A stretch of DNA of 64,000 nucleotides from an uncultured Chloroflexia bacterium (GCA_963743215.1 CAVUOY010000010.1:72225-136224), one strand, 5' to 3'. Positions 51,944 through 62,351 are shown, counted from the stretch's first letter. A program made the numbers and translations. Notes: generated from the letters alone by a model not told the origin.

Positions 51944-52973
51944 ATGGATCCCATCATGCTTACGATCGCAAGTAACCTGTACAATACATCACCAGAGGAT
52001 CTCATTCCCCAATCAGGTGGTCACGCGAATGCTGTTTTCCAATTCCCGTTGATGCAGGCTACCCAGGTTTTTCCCGGTGGAGAGGTACCGGATGGTAAGA
52101 AATTCGGGATACTGCGCATCGGGGTTGAGGATTGCCCCTATAACCAGACCATGGGTATGCTAGAGTGGGTGAACTTCCTTGCCCATCAGGGTGCACCTGT
52201 GTCAGCACCCCTGCGATTCGATCAATAACCACCTGCTGGAAAGAATCAGGCATTATGGCACGGTCTATAACCTGACGGCATTTGAAAAGGCTGAAGGCAT
52301 TCTGGCGGAAAACATCCCAGTCTCCGAGTGGTCAACCGAGCTGTTCCTGTCCATCGGTAAAGCCGCGGGAAAACTGCATCAAATTTCAGCTGGATACAAG
52401 CCCTCTCATCCGTCTCGCACAAGACCACAATGGTTCGATTCCTACGAGGTCCACAAAGCTATGGATAAGCTGGCTGGATTTTCTGATCCTGCCCGGGAGA
52501 TGCTGGCCAACTTGATCCAGGAGCTGCAGCTGTTACCCAAACCCAGTGCTGATTACGGCATGATCCATGAAGATCTGCACTATGCTAATTTCCTCATCCG
52601 AGCTGATGGAAATGTAACTATCATCGATTTCGATGATTGCTCCTATGGATGGTATGCCATGGACGTTGCCATGGCACTGTTCGATGTGCTGGTGCTTTAC
52701 AATGCCAACAGCGAAGAAGAGAGCAAGAGCTTCGCAAGGGAATTTCTTTCGAGTTACCTAGAGGGATATCGATTGGAGAAGGACCTACCACTTTTCTTGC
52801 AGTGCCAAATTCCCAAATTTCTCAAGCTCAAAGAGCTGTGCATTTATGCTGACCTAGTTGGCCATCCTGAGATCGCCCAGCCGGACAGTTGGGTGGGACG
52901 TTTCATGCGCAACCGAGCCGCACGGATCGCGCATGACATTCCATATGTGGATATCGACTTCTGCAACTTATGA
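51944..52973 (+). CDS. APH-family phosphotransferase (YerI/type II homoserine kinase-like), frameshifted near 52217
   Basis: GMIHEDLHYAN, IIDFDD; promoter TTGTGA-17-TACAAT 6 nt before ATG. Confidence 0.87.
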
Positions 52974-53167
52974 CCGGAATAGTTTATAAAGTCACGTGTT
53001 TTATCACCCAGGTTCATAAGAACGGACCGGAGCTGCTACTCTTCAACCACCCTAATGCAGGCACTCAAATCCCGGCAGGGACGGTAAACCCAGGTGAAGA
53101 TATTGAAGCAGCTGCCAGCCATCGTTCCCCCTCAAGATGGCTGGCTAAAATGGCTGATGGATATTGA
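52970..53167 (+). pseudogene. Truncated NUDIX hydrolase
   Basis: QIPAGTVNPGEDIEAAA breaks off before the RExxEExG part of the Nudix box. Confidence 0.7.
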
Positions 53168-53208
53168 TCTCACAGGGATTCAAAACCTGTGAGGCCAAAG
53201 GAAGCCCA

Positions 53209-53886
53209 TCACGCCTGAACTGCTTCCACCGTCTTACGCATGCGGATGGTAACACCGATGGCCAGCGCTAAAGAGAGCAGATAAACAGCCCCATACGGGG
53301 TCATGAAGCCCTTTTGCATCACATAAACCAATATGGTGAAGACCACGAACAGGGCCAATTGTAGCCAGGTCCAGAGGCGCAGCTTATTCAAATAGTCCTG
53401 GTCTGTGCTTCTTTTTCGGGCAATTGCATTAAGCCCGATGAAGAATAACGCAAAGAACAGGAACTCGGATGAAAGCATCAATTTATCAAACCAGGCGGGA
53501 GGAGAATACGCACTCCAAAAGTTGATCCAGGAAGGAAGCGGCCACAGGATGGCTACTCCATTGAACCAAATCAATAGATCGAGCAGGATGTGCATCAGGA
53601 TGCCGACCCCTAACCCCACCCCCAGGGTTCCCCAGCGCGGTTGTTTGGCGAGCGCAGAGATGAGGTAACATACCAACAACACAGCCAGCACCATAGATAG
53701 GCTGTGAGTAAAGGTGCGATGCAGGTTGGTGGTTGGTAATTTCATCACCGTTGCTATAGCAACTGCCAGGTTATCTGCATCCGGCAGCATGCTCCCCAGG
53801 ATGATGCCCAACATCAGCCATTCACGAACCGGTGCCAACTTGCGAACCGCCATCCCAATCAGACTGTGAATCCCTGCTTGTGCCAT
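53209..53886 (-). CDS. YdjM-like membrane metal-dependent hydrolase
   Basis: GIH, LPDAD, HRTFTHSL, HILLD. Confidence 0.88.
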   Translation of the reverse strand: MAQAGIHSLIGMAVRKLAPVREWLMLGIILGSMLPDADNLAVAIATVMKLPTTNLHRTFTHSLSMVLAVLLVCYLISALAKQPRWGTLGVGLGVGILMHILLDLLIWFNGVAILWPLPSWINFWSAYSPPAWFDKLMLSSEFLFFALFFIGLNAIARKRSTDQDYLNKLRLWTWLQLALFVVFTILVYVMQKGFMTPYGAVYLLSLALAIGVTIRMRKTVEAVQA

Positions 53887-54152
53887 GGTCTCCTCCATTC
53901 AGTCAAATCTGGTTTGGTTAATCACTACATCCCTTAAGTTACTGGACACACCCAGTCATATCTATTCATGGATATAGACGATAGACAATAGAATTTTACA
54001 ACTTATTTGATTTTATAAAATGGATAGCCATGTCATCCATTGGAAATTTGACCCGTCTAGGTGTATTGTAAGTACTATTCACCAGAATGACCAAAAACAA
54101 GAAATTTATCAGTAGAATCTGTTGTGCAAGCATATTTCGCAGGAAACGTTGG

Positions 54153-54857
54153 CTAGCCGCCATAATGAGAGACCCATTTTGAGAGTAAGCCAGTCTCTTT
54201 ATAACAGAGCTGTTTTGCCATATCTACCTGTCTATTAATCTTTCTCATCAACCTGTCAGTCAGCTCATGAAGTTGATGGTTATCTACATGCCCAATTATT
54301 TCTTCGCCAGGTAGCCAGGGCATGCCGATTTGCAGGTAACAACGCCCACCCAATTGCCAATATCCACCCGATAGATGATCCTTCTTACATAAACAGATGT
54401 TGTGGAGATACCTTTGGGGGACGTAAAAACCCACGGGAATAATCGGGGTATTGGTCATCAAGGATAACCGGACTGTCCCAGTTCTAGCCTTCAGGTAATG
54501 ATTATCAGGATTTAGCCGCCCTTCCGGGAAAACAACCACGGTCTTGCCCACTTCTAATAATCTTGCGGCCTGATCCAGGGATTGATTTCTATGACCAGGG
54601 TAAACCGGGATCTGCCCACTTTTTTTGAAAAGCCAACCCAGAATAGGGATATCAAATGCGTATCCTTGAATGAAAAAATGTAGTTTTTCCTGGAACACGA
54701 ATGGGAGAAATAGACCATCGGTTACATTAGTATGATTAGCAGCGATAATTTTTGCAGTTGACAGAGCGTTTGATTCTCCGCTCACCTGGCAACTCTGAGA
54801 AGATACACAATGGAAAATCCAAAATATCATTTTGATCATTCTATAATATGTGTTCAT
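54153..54857 (-). CDS. Lysophospholipid acyltransferase (PlsC-like)
   Basis: AANHTNVTD, FPEG, PIIPV. Confidence 0.88.
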   Translation of the reverse strand: MNTYYRMIKMIFWIFHCVSSQSCQVSGESNALSTAKIIAANHTNVTDGLFLPFVFQEKLHFFIQGYAFDIPILGWLFKKSGQIPVYPGHRNQSLDQAARLLEVGKTVVVFPEGRLNPDNHYLKARTGTVRLSLMTNTPIIPVGFYVPQRYLHNICLCKKDHLSGGYWQLGGRCYLQIGMPWLPGEEIIGHVDNHQLHELTDRLMRKINRQVDMAKQLCYKETGLLSKWVSHYGG

Positions 54858-55313
54858 TCTTTCCAGTCCTTGATACCATCCTAGATGAATAAAACTGCCA
54901 ATACAAGCTCTTTAACTGCCAAAAAGCGCCAGATTAGCACATCGTTTCTGGAGTGAGAAAACTTGCAGATGGATCATTTGGGTATCAAAAATCGGAAAGG
55001 CAAGGTCCAAGAATGGATATAGACTTAGTAAACCCAGTGCTCAATCCCGAAACCACCAATCCCGGAGATGTTTCGTCTCAACCCTTGGTCGGGTGATTCT
55101 CATATAACTTTAAACCAACTCAAATCTAATCTCTGGAAGCTTGATATATACTCTACTTAGCCTATTGATTGAGGCAGATTAGATGCACGGCAATCAATCG
55201 GGGATAGCAAAAAATGATGAACATACCAATTTCAATCTCCACCGGGTAAAGTATGATAATTGCTTCTCGACCTACGAAACCCAAATTATTGCGTGAAGAA
55301 TCGAGGTAATAAC

Positions 55314-55986
55314 ATGACACTACTCCTTTCCACACCCAACCTGGCACAGGATTTGATCCGTATCCATAAAGTTATTACCCGAGGGCTTTATACCAGCCTG
55401 ATCAAAGGGACAGAGTATCTTGGTCATGGTGTTCCAAAGTTTGAGATAATCCAGGGCTATGCAAGGTATGTACATTGCTTAACCGAGGTATTAAGCGCAC
55501 ACCACACTAGTGAAGACTTGATTGCATTTCCAGCTTTTATGAAGTATTTACCGTCTGCACCCTACGCTCAACTCTCAGCAGACCATCATGCTGTCGAAAA
55601 TCTACTGTCAAATATGCCTGAAGTCAATCAAGAACATTTCCAGTGAACCGCCGAGTGCTGGGTTGGAAGTAATCGTCGCTAACCTGGAGAAGTTAACTGC
55701 CATCTGGGAGCCACATATCCTGTTGGAGGAGCACTATTTCTCCAAGGAAGCGATTAACGCAGCCATCAATTTGGATGAGCAAAGACGGATCGGTGAAGCT
55801 TCCGCGAAGCACAGCCAGGAACACTCCAGTCCTCCGCATTGGGTGGTGCCATTCATCCTATATAATCTCGAGCCTGAGGAGAGGGCTGTCATGGCAGCAA
55901 ATTTCCCCCCAACGGTCACAAATGAGCTTATTCCGACCATATGGAAGGATGAATGGATGCCGATGAAGCGCTTCCTGCTGGATTGA
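55314..55986 (+). CDS. Hemerythrin-like domain protein, frameshifted near 55621
   Basis: RIH, HHTSED, ADH, HILLEE. Confidence 0.82.
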
Positions 55987-56450
55987 ATTGAATCCAAAAA
56001 AAACAAAAGCATTCAAATGATATAACAGGTGAACAGTGAGGAGTGATGAGTAAGTAGTGAGGATGTGTAGTGATTACTCATATGTGATCCGTTATAGCAG
56101 ATGGGGCTGGATAGAGGCAATCGAGGTGCCTACGGCGGGATCGAACAATCTGCATACGAAAATAAAATCCAAGGAAAGTGTTTTTCTCGAAAGAAACGAA
56201 CTGGCTCGGTCATAAGGAGGCTTGCTCGATCTGAAATAGAACATACCGGTAAAGACCAACTGGCACAGAAGATCACTGGTACAGAAAGCACATGTTTATC
56301 GTTCAAAACCAACCGATATGAAGATGATCTGATTGAATATTATAGGAAATCATCTGTATACCGGTAAAGAACAACCGGTACAGAAGTACACTGATGTAAC
56401 TACTCACCATTAACTGGCAATATGCAACCTGACGTAGAGAATAAAGAGCG

Positions 56451-56616
56451 GATTGCTCCCCCCAACGAACCAGGGATCAGCGGGGACATGTAAGTTAAGC
56501 TTCGGAATTTGGTAAAAAAACCTTGGATTCTTAAAACGCTGTTCTCGCCTCACAAAGAGCAGATTGCTTCGGCAAAGATCGCCTCCCCGAAAATCAGCGG
56601 GGACAGGCGCAATGAC
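56451..56616. repeat. Two REP-like elements with inserted hairpin modules
   Basis: GATTGCT... starts; CCCCGAAAATCAGCGGGG at 56585 precedes CGCAATGAC. Confidence 0.7.
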
Positions 56617-56671
56617 AACTTAATTGAAGCATTAATTGTGTTTAGGTGATCACTCCGGCACATTGCAACTC

Positions 56672-56705
56672 GGTGAGTAATTACTCTTCAATGTAATTAC
56701 TCACC
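56672..56705. other. Perfect 13-8-13 palindrome (recombination-site-like, or two abutting TIRs)
   Basis: GGTGAGTAATTAC-TCTTCAAT-GTAATTACTCACC. Confidence 0.75.
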
Positions 56706-56827
56706 ATAATCCGGAATAATGTTGGATTATGAGTATTGCTAGGAGCAGATTGATTATATGAAAACGCTGCACCTCCAGGATATACTTTGTTTTGACGGCA
56801 AAGGTCCTGAGAAAGGAAAGGTGCAGC

Positions 56828-57259
56828 ATGGAGAATTATACGATAGGATGTGACGCACATAAATATTATTCACAAATATCTGTAATGGATAACAAAGCAC
56901 GAGTGTGTAAACGGACAAGGATCGAACATACATCAGGAGCGATCCAGAAATACCTGGAGCAATTTCCGGCTGGTACACCAGTGGCATTAGAATGCGTGGG
57001 TAACTGGTACTGGATCGTAGATGAGATCGAAGCAGCGGGTTGTGTCGCCCAACTGACCAATGCGTGGAAGGCTAAAGTAATGATGGGTCATGTGAATAAA
57101 ACCGACAAACTCGATGCTGATGGGTTGGCACTACTTTTATACAATGGTACTTTACCAACCGTATGGATCCCGGATGAGGTGTTGCGAGATGAGCGGGAAC
57201 TGCCCCGCACACGAATGGCAATGAGTAAGTACTCTTCAATTATAGCACAGATGTTCTAA
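56828..57259 (+). mobile_element. IS110 family transposase, N-terminal DEDD fragment
   Basis: IGCDAHK, VALE, KTDKLDA; truncated before the C-terminal domain. Confidence 0.9.
57239..57258 (-). promoter_or_regulatory. Extended -10 overlapped by a LexA-like box
   Basis: TAGAACATCTGTGCTATAAT = GAAC-N4-GTGC plus TGnTATAAT. Confidence 0.5.
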
Positions 57260-57568
57260 TCCACAAGGGGTTTATGAAAAGTCTTCAAATATTTAAGATT
57301 TCTAATGTCAGGTGGGGATGAAATGGATTCAAAGGAGAATTTGAATAAAGCACTTTGTTTACAGAGGTATAAAGACGAACGCAACTATACAAAGGCTTCC
57401 AATTGAACCGACGAGCGCTAAAGAGGGTAAATTTATAAAATACCATATAACTGTTAAAGATGACCAACATACCACTTTTTTGAGTGGGAAAGCCTGATGC
57501 TGATCAAACCTCAGGCATTGACCCAGACAGACTAAACGACCGTGGGTACACCAAGGTTCGAAAGTGAT

Positions 57569-58645
57569 ATGAAGCCAATAAACCAGCCTACTTGCTTGCG
57601 CGTTACATCATTTTCAATTCTCCTGCTATTACTTACAACCTGCAACGTTCGCGCACCAGTAATTTATGCCACACAGACTGCAGGAATTCCACCTGCAGGA
57701 ATTTCGTCAATCGAGGACGACAGAAGCTTACCTCCAGATGACAACGCTACGTTACGCAGCCTCAAAAAGATTGACGACTATCCATTTTATGTGATGCAAT
57801 ATTATGGCGATTACGATTACCCAAGGGAATCGTCGTCTTTGCCAAAAGGGAGTGATTTTTCGTGCTCACTCTTTGCATCTTTGGGAGAAACAGGTGACAG
57901 GCTATATGGTCGCAACTTCGATTGGGATTTCAGCCCAGCTTTGTTACTCTACACCGACCCACCCAACGGGTATGCATCCGCCAGTATGGTTGACCTGACA
58001 TTCCTGGGTATCGACCCAGCTGATGTGCTGGCATTATCTGATTTACCCCTGGCGAAGCGCAAGGCATTGCTGACTGCACCCTCCATGCCATTTGATGGGA
58101 TGAATGAATACGGACTGACGATTGGTATGGCAGCCGTGCCTGATGAATACGCGGATGATGCCAGCTATGACCCATCCAGGCCCACAATTGGATCGATCGG
58201 TATTATCCGGCAAATACTCGATCATGCTCGAAATGTAGACGAAGCGCTGGTAATTTTCGGGCAATATAATATAAAATTTGGTGGCGGACCACCAATCCAT
58301 TATTTACTAGCTGATCCAAGCGGGAAAAGTGTTTTGATCGAGTTTTACGAGCACGACATGGTGGTATTAACCAACGATACATCCTGGCATTTGGCAACTA
58401 ATCACCTGCGTTGCATTGCGAAAGGCAATGGAGGTTGCGGGCGGTATCAAACGATTTCCGACAGACTTACTGAGCTGGATGGTGAGCTCGACCAGCATGG
58501 TGCGATGCAACTACTTTCGGATGTGAAGCAAGACATAACGCAATGGTCAGCTGTTTATGACATGACCAATGGTGATATCGCCATGGCGATCGCGGGTCAG
58601 TACGAATCTGTCTACTCATTTCATCTCGATTTGGTGGAGCCCTGA
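57569..58645 (+). CDS. Secreted Ntn hydrolase (choloylglycine hydrolase/C45-like)
   Basis: Nucleophile CSLF, YGRNFDW, DGMNEYGL, ATNH, TQWS. Confidence 0.88.
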   Translation: MKPINQPTCLRVTSFSILLLLLTTCNVRAPVIYATQTAGIPPAGISSIEDDRSLPPDDNATLRSLKKIDDYPFYVMQYYGDYDYPRESSSLPKGSDFSCSLFASLGETGDRLYGRNFDWDFSPALLLYTDPPNGYASASMVDLTFLGIDPADVLALSDLPLAKRKALLTAPSMPFDGMNEYGLTIGMAAVPDEYADDASYDPSRPTIGSIGIIRQILDHARNVDEALVIFGQYNIKFGGGPPIHYLLADPSGKSVLIEFYEHDMVVLTNDTSWHLATNHLRCIAKGNGGCGRYQTISDRLTELDGELDQHGAMQLLSDVKQDITQWSAVYDMTNGDIAMAIAGQYESVYSFHLDLVEP

Positions 58646-59251
58646 TCGAAACAAGATCGAAGGATAGTCTATTACTTTACGCAGGTAATTAATCACCCAT
58701 CCCCCCTTTTTCGCACAATTCCAGGAAGGGGTGATCGAGGTAAGAAAAAGGAAAAGCATACTCGACAGATAAACACAACGCCAGCGTTTCCCAAGCAAGT
58801 GAGCAATTTATTATCAATATCGGTGCCTGAATTTGGTTAACACTACGAGGCTTATTTCACTCAGGTAACACAGGTTCACACGGGGGTGAATATCTAATTC
58901 CACGTTTTTATCAATTTACATCCATCGAACAGGGCGAGTATTCAAAACGCCAGGATATGAAGAATCATCATCGCTTAAAACGTATTCCATCCTCGTACTA
59001 CCAGTCATTAAATTCTAATAAAATAATCCACACATTACCCGATTAATACCCCATTTAGGGCCTGATATTTTAGGGTCATTACTATATTATAAAGGTGAAG
59101 AGGATAAATCCAGCCGGATAGTGACTATGGAGTGATTGTAGATCGAAAAGATAATCGCCAGCTAAACAAATGTCGCCTGATCACCAATGGAATTATTGAC
59201 AGCAATTTCAGCGAATGGAATGAACATGATTGCCAACATATGAAGGAAAAA

Positions 59252-60173
59252 ATGAATACGGTTATAAAAGTTGACGGACTACGGAAAACATACGGAGCGA
59301 CAGTTGCTGTAGACGAAATCAGTTTTGAGGTTGAAGAAGGTGAGATTTTTGGGATGGTTGGTCCGAATGGGGCAGGGAAGACGACGACGATTGAGTGCCT
59401 TGAAGGTCTTCGTAAGCCTGACCGGGGGGGCGTGACCGTATTAGGTATCGACCCACAGCATAATGCTCATTTCCTACACACGCATGCAGGCATGCAATTA
59501 CAGCAATCCAATCTACCTGAGCGGATGAAAGTCTGGGAAGCGTTGGATTTGTATAGCTCGTTCTACCCTAAAAACGCTAATTGGGAAGAGCTGCTGATCC
59601 AGCTCGGATTGGAAGATAAGCGCAACACAGCTTTTGGTAAGCTTTCTGGAGGGCAAAAACAGCGTCTATTTATCGCTATGGCACTGCTGCCCGATCCCCG
59701 ATTGATTTTTCTGGATGAGCTTACTACAGGTCTTGACCCACAAGCCAGGCGTGCCATTTGGGATCTGGTGCGCGAACGTGCACGCGAAAGGTAAAACCAT
59801 CATGCTGACCACCCATTATATGGATGAGGCTGAACGGTTATGCAACCATGTGGCAATCATCGACCATGGGCACATCGTGGCGATGGATACACCAGCCAAG
59901 CTGATCCGCAGCATGGGAGGCGAGGAACGACTGCTCTTCAAAGTAGACAAGCCTCTTCCAGCCCAGATTGTCGATGAGATAAACCAGCTGGGGAAATTGG
60001 AAACCCGAGGGGAGATGGTGGTCGTCCATGGCAGTACCAGCCAGGCGAATCTGGTGAGCCATGTGGTAGCGATACTGGCAAAAGAAAATATCCAATATAG
60101 CGATGTACGAACCGAACAAGCGTCCCTTGAAGACGTCTTCCTGAAATTGACGGGGAAGGAATTACGAGAATGA
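59252..60173 (+). CDS. ABC-2 exporter ATP-binding protein, frameshifted near 59775
   Basis: GPNGAGKT, LSGGQKQR, LDELTTGLDP; TTHYMDEAE and SLEDVFL in the next frame. Confidence 0.92.
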
Positions 60174-60180
60174 GGTGATC

Positions 60181-60924
60181 ATGAAAAGCCTATTGAAAAT
60201 GACCTGGATGGAGATCAAACTGTTCCTCCGTGAGCCGGTGGGAGCATTCTTCACACTGGTCTTTCCACTGATGTTCTTATTCTTGTTCGGTTCAATTTAT
60301 GGTAATGCGCCTTTGAAAGAACTAAATGGACAAGGCACCGTAGACATCTCTGTTCCAGCTTATACAGCAATGATTATCGCCACCACCGGATTGGTGGGTC
60401 TGACCATCACGATGGCTGCCTACCGAGAGAATGGCGTCTTACGGCGGCTGCGTACGACCCCCATAAATCCATTGGTTGTATTGGTGGCGCAGGTTATCGT
60501 CCTGTTCGCGATGACCCTGCTTGGTATGATCTTACTCATCATGGCGGGGAAACTGGTCTATCATCTGCGGTTTGAAGGCAATGTGCTAAGTGTATTGGCA
60601 GGTTTTACATTAAGTAGCCTGAGCTTCTTTGCCATCGGTTTTGTGATGGCAGGATTGATGCCAACTGCCCGTACTGCCCAGGTAGTCGGGATGGTAATAC
60701 TCTACCCAATGTTGTTCCTGTCAGGCGCTGGCTTTCCACGTGAGTTGCTACCCGAAACCATCATAAAAATTTCACGATTTTTACCACTAACCTATGTGGT
60801 CACCCTTCTACGAGGATTGTGGATTGGAGAGACATGGAACCAACACATCACAGACGTGCTGGTACTGGCAGGGATTATAGTGATCGGGGTGGTTTTATCG
60901 ATTAAGACTTTCCGATGGGAGTGA
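60181..60924 (+). CDS. ABC-2 type permease
   Basis: YRENGVLRRL, FLSG, LPLTY, FRWE terminus. Confidence 0.92.
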   Translation: MKSLLKMTWMEIKLFLREPVGAFFTLVFPLMFLFLFGSIYGNAPLKELNGQGTVDISVPAYTAMIIATTGLVGLTITMAAYRENGVLRRLRTTPINPLVVLVAQVIVLFAMTLLGMILLIMAGKLVYHLRFEGNVLSVLAGFTLSSLSFFAIGFVMAGLMPTARTAQVVGMVILYPMLFLSGAGFPRELLPETIIKISRFLPLTYVVTLLRGLWIGETWNQHITDVLVLAGIIVIGVVLSIKTFRWE

Positions 60925-60996
60925 GAATTCAGGAATGAAATCGTCGAACGCTATGGCTTGATATTAGACGGCTGATGAAGTAAAAATCGTCTTAGA

Positions 60997-61023
60997 TAGA
61001 GACGTCCCGATGGGGCGTCTCTA
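60997..61023. repeat. REP-like palindrome
   Basis: TAGAGACGTCCC-GAT-GGGGCGTCTCTA. Confidence 0.65.
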
Positions 61024-61140
61024 CGTTTTATAAAAGAATATCGATGATGGAGCTGAGAAGGATTAAATTCCCAATCGGAAGAGAGACGTTTATTGGGTGG
61101 GGAAGAGCATATAACTTCGGGTTCAAAAAACAAGTTCGTC

Positions 61141-61273
61141 CCCCGAAAATCAGCGGGGATTCTCCCCCCAGAACCTGGGGGGATTCTCCCCGAAACCTAG
61201 CGGGGATTCCGCAATGACCGCAACAGTATGGCTTCAAGCTTTCCCCGAAACACTGCAGCGACAGGACAATGAC
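61141..61273. repeat. Stacked hairpin array (three modules plus a degenerate fourth element)
   Basis: CCCCGAAAATCAGCGGGG, CCCCCCAGAACCTGGGGGG, CCCCGAAACCTAGCGGGG, then CGCAATGAC. Confidence 0.8.
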
Positions 61274-61559
61274 AAAATAAATGAAAAGTATGTCAATGAA
61301 GGAATCAGCTGATAATCAATTTAGATGGAAAGATGTCTGACAATAATGCGACTAATAAGATGGGAAATGCATCTAATGATTATTAATTTACGTATTGCTT
61401 AGATATATGACAAATTAACAAACTAATGCCAATTTTGCACCCAATATGATTCAGGAGAATAACGTCACATTACAGACATCTGAATCTTCAACCGGGTAAA
61501 GGTGGCAAAAACTTATCAAATAACAAGATTAGGAATAATCTTGCCTGGGAGGTTTTATT

Positions 61560-61955
61560 ATGCGACGCAGCTTAATTATATTACTCACCCTGATAACAAC
61601 GGTGATTCACATTTACTTCTACACCACGGGGCCAGGTCTCGTATTTACAGGACCCGATAAACTATTCACCTTCTTCTTACTCAATGCCCTGGGATATCTT
61701 GGACTTCTCGGACTGCTATATCTGCCGCTGGGATTACCTGCCTCGGTACACAGGCTGGTTCGACCATTATTTATCGGGTATACGCTGCTCACCATCGTGT
61801 TGTACATTATCATCAGCGCGCAATCAGGTATTTGGTCAGCTCCATGGGCACCGGTTGCCAAAGTAGCTGAAGTTATCCTTATTTGGCAGCTGTGGGTGGA
61901 GGGCAAGGCACAAATGCCAGTTACAGCCTCACGCAAATCGGATGCCATGCTATAA
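61560..61955 (+). CDS. Small membrane protein
   Basis: VIHIY, FLLNALGY, KVAEVILI; RBS GGAGG. Confidence 0.78.
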   Translation: MRRSLIILLTLITTVIHIYFYTTGPGLVFTGPDKLFTFFLLNALGYLGLLGLLYLPLGLPASVHRLVRPLFIGYTLLTIVLYIIISAQSGIWSAPWAPVAKVAEVILIWQLWVEGKAQMPVTASRKSDAML

Positions 61956-61987
61956 TAGCGACTATCCATAAACTAGGAGGATCAACG

Positions 61988-62113
61988 ATGGCTGGTTCTG
62001 GAAAAGCGGATAAGGGCAGAAAACAACAGAAAAAGAAACCACAACATACCTTAAAGGAAAAACGAAAGCTTAAGGAAGAAAAGAAGAATAAACCGACCTC
62101 TGGTATTGGGTAA
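61988..62113 (+). CDS. 41-aa lysine-rich small protein
   Basis: Own TGCTATAAT promoter and AGGAGG RBS; KKKPQHTLKEKRKLKEEKK. Confidence 0.75.
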   Translation: MAGSGKADKGRKQQKKKPQHTLKEKRKLKEEKKNKPTSGIG

Positions 62114-62217
62114 CAGGGTTTCGTTGTAAATACAAGTAAATTACTGGATGCTCCAAGCGACTATTCCGGTACGTAAGGAATGAGTACGCTAATATGCAAG
62201 TCTCTCGTTAATGTGGG

Positions 62218-62258
62218 AGGGAAGTCGGGTTATCCCGCTCCTTCCCTTTTTTTATTTT
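62218..62258 (+). terminator. Intrinsic terminator
   Basis: AGGGAAG..CGGG..CCCG..CTTCCCT followed by a T run. Confidence 0.7.
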
Positions 62259-62351
62259 CATTGTAAATCTCAGTTACGGACAGAATTATTGGTCATAACC
62301 ATTAAATAGTAATATTGTAAGGCCCTGGCATAGCAGTATCGTCAAAAAGCA

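Noticed and set aside
56101-56367. 88-aa ORF as a real gene
   Set aside because: No RBS or motif; it lies in a region full of repeats and scars.
58646-59250. Long intergenic region as ncRNA or gene
   Set aside because: Only one modest hairpin and short ORFs without support.
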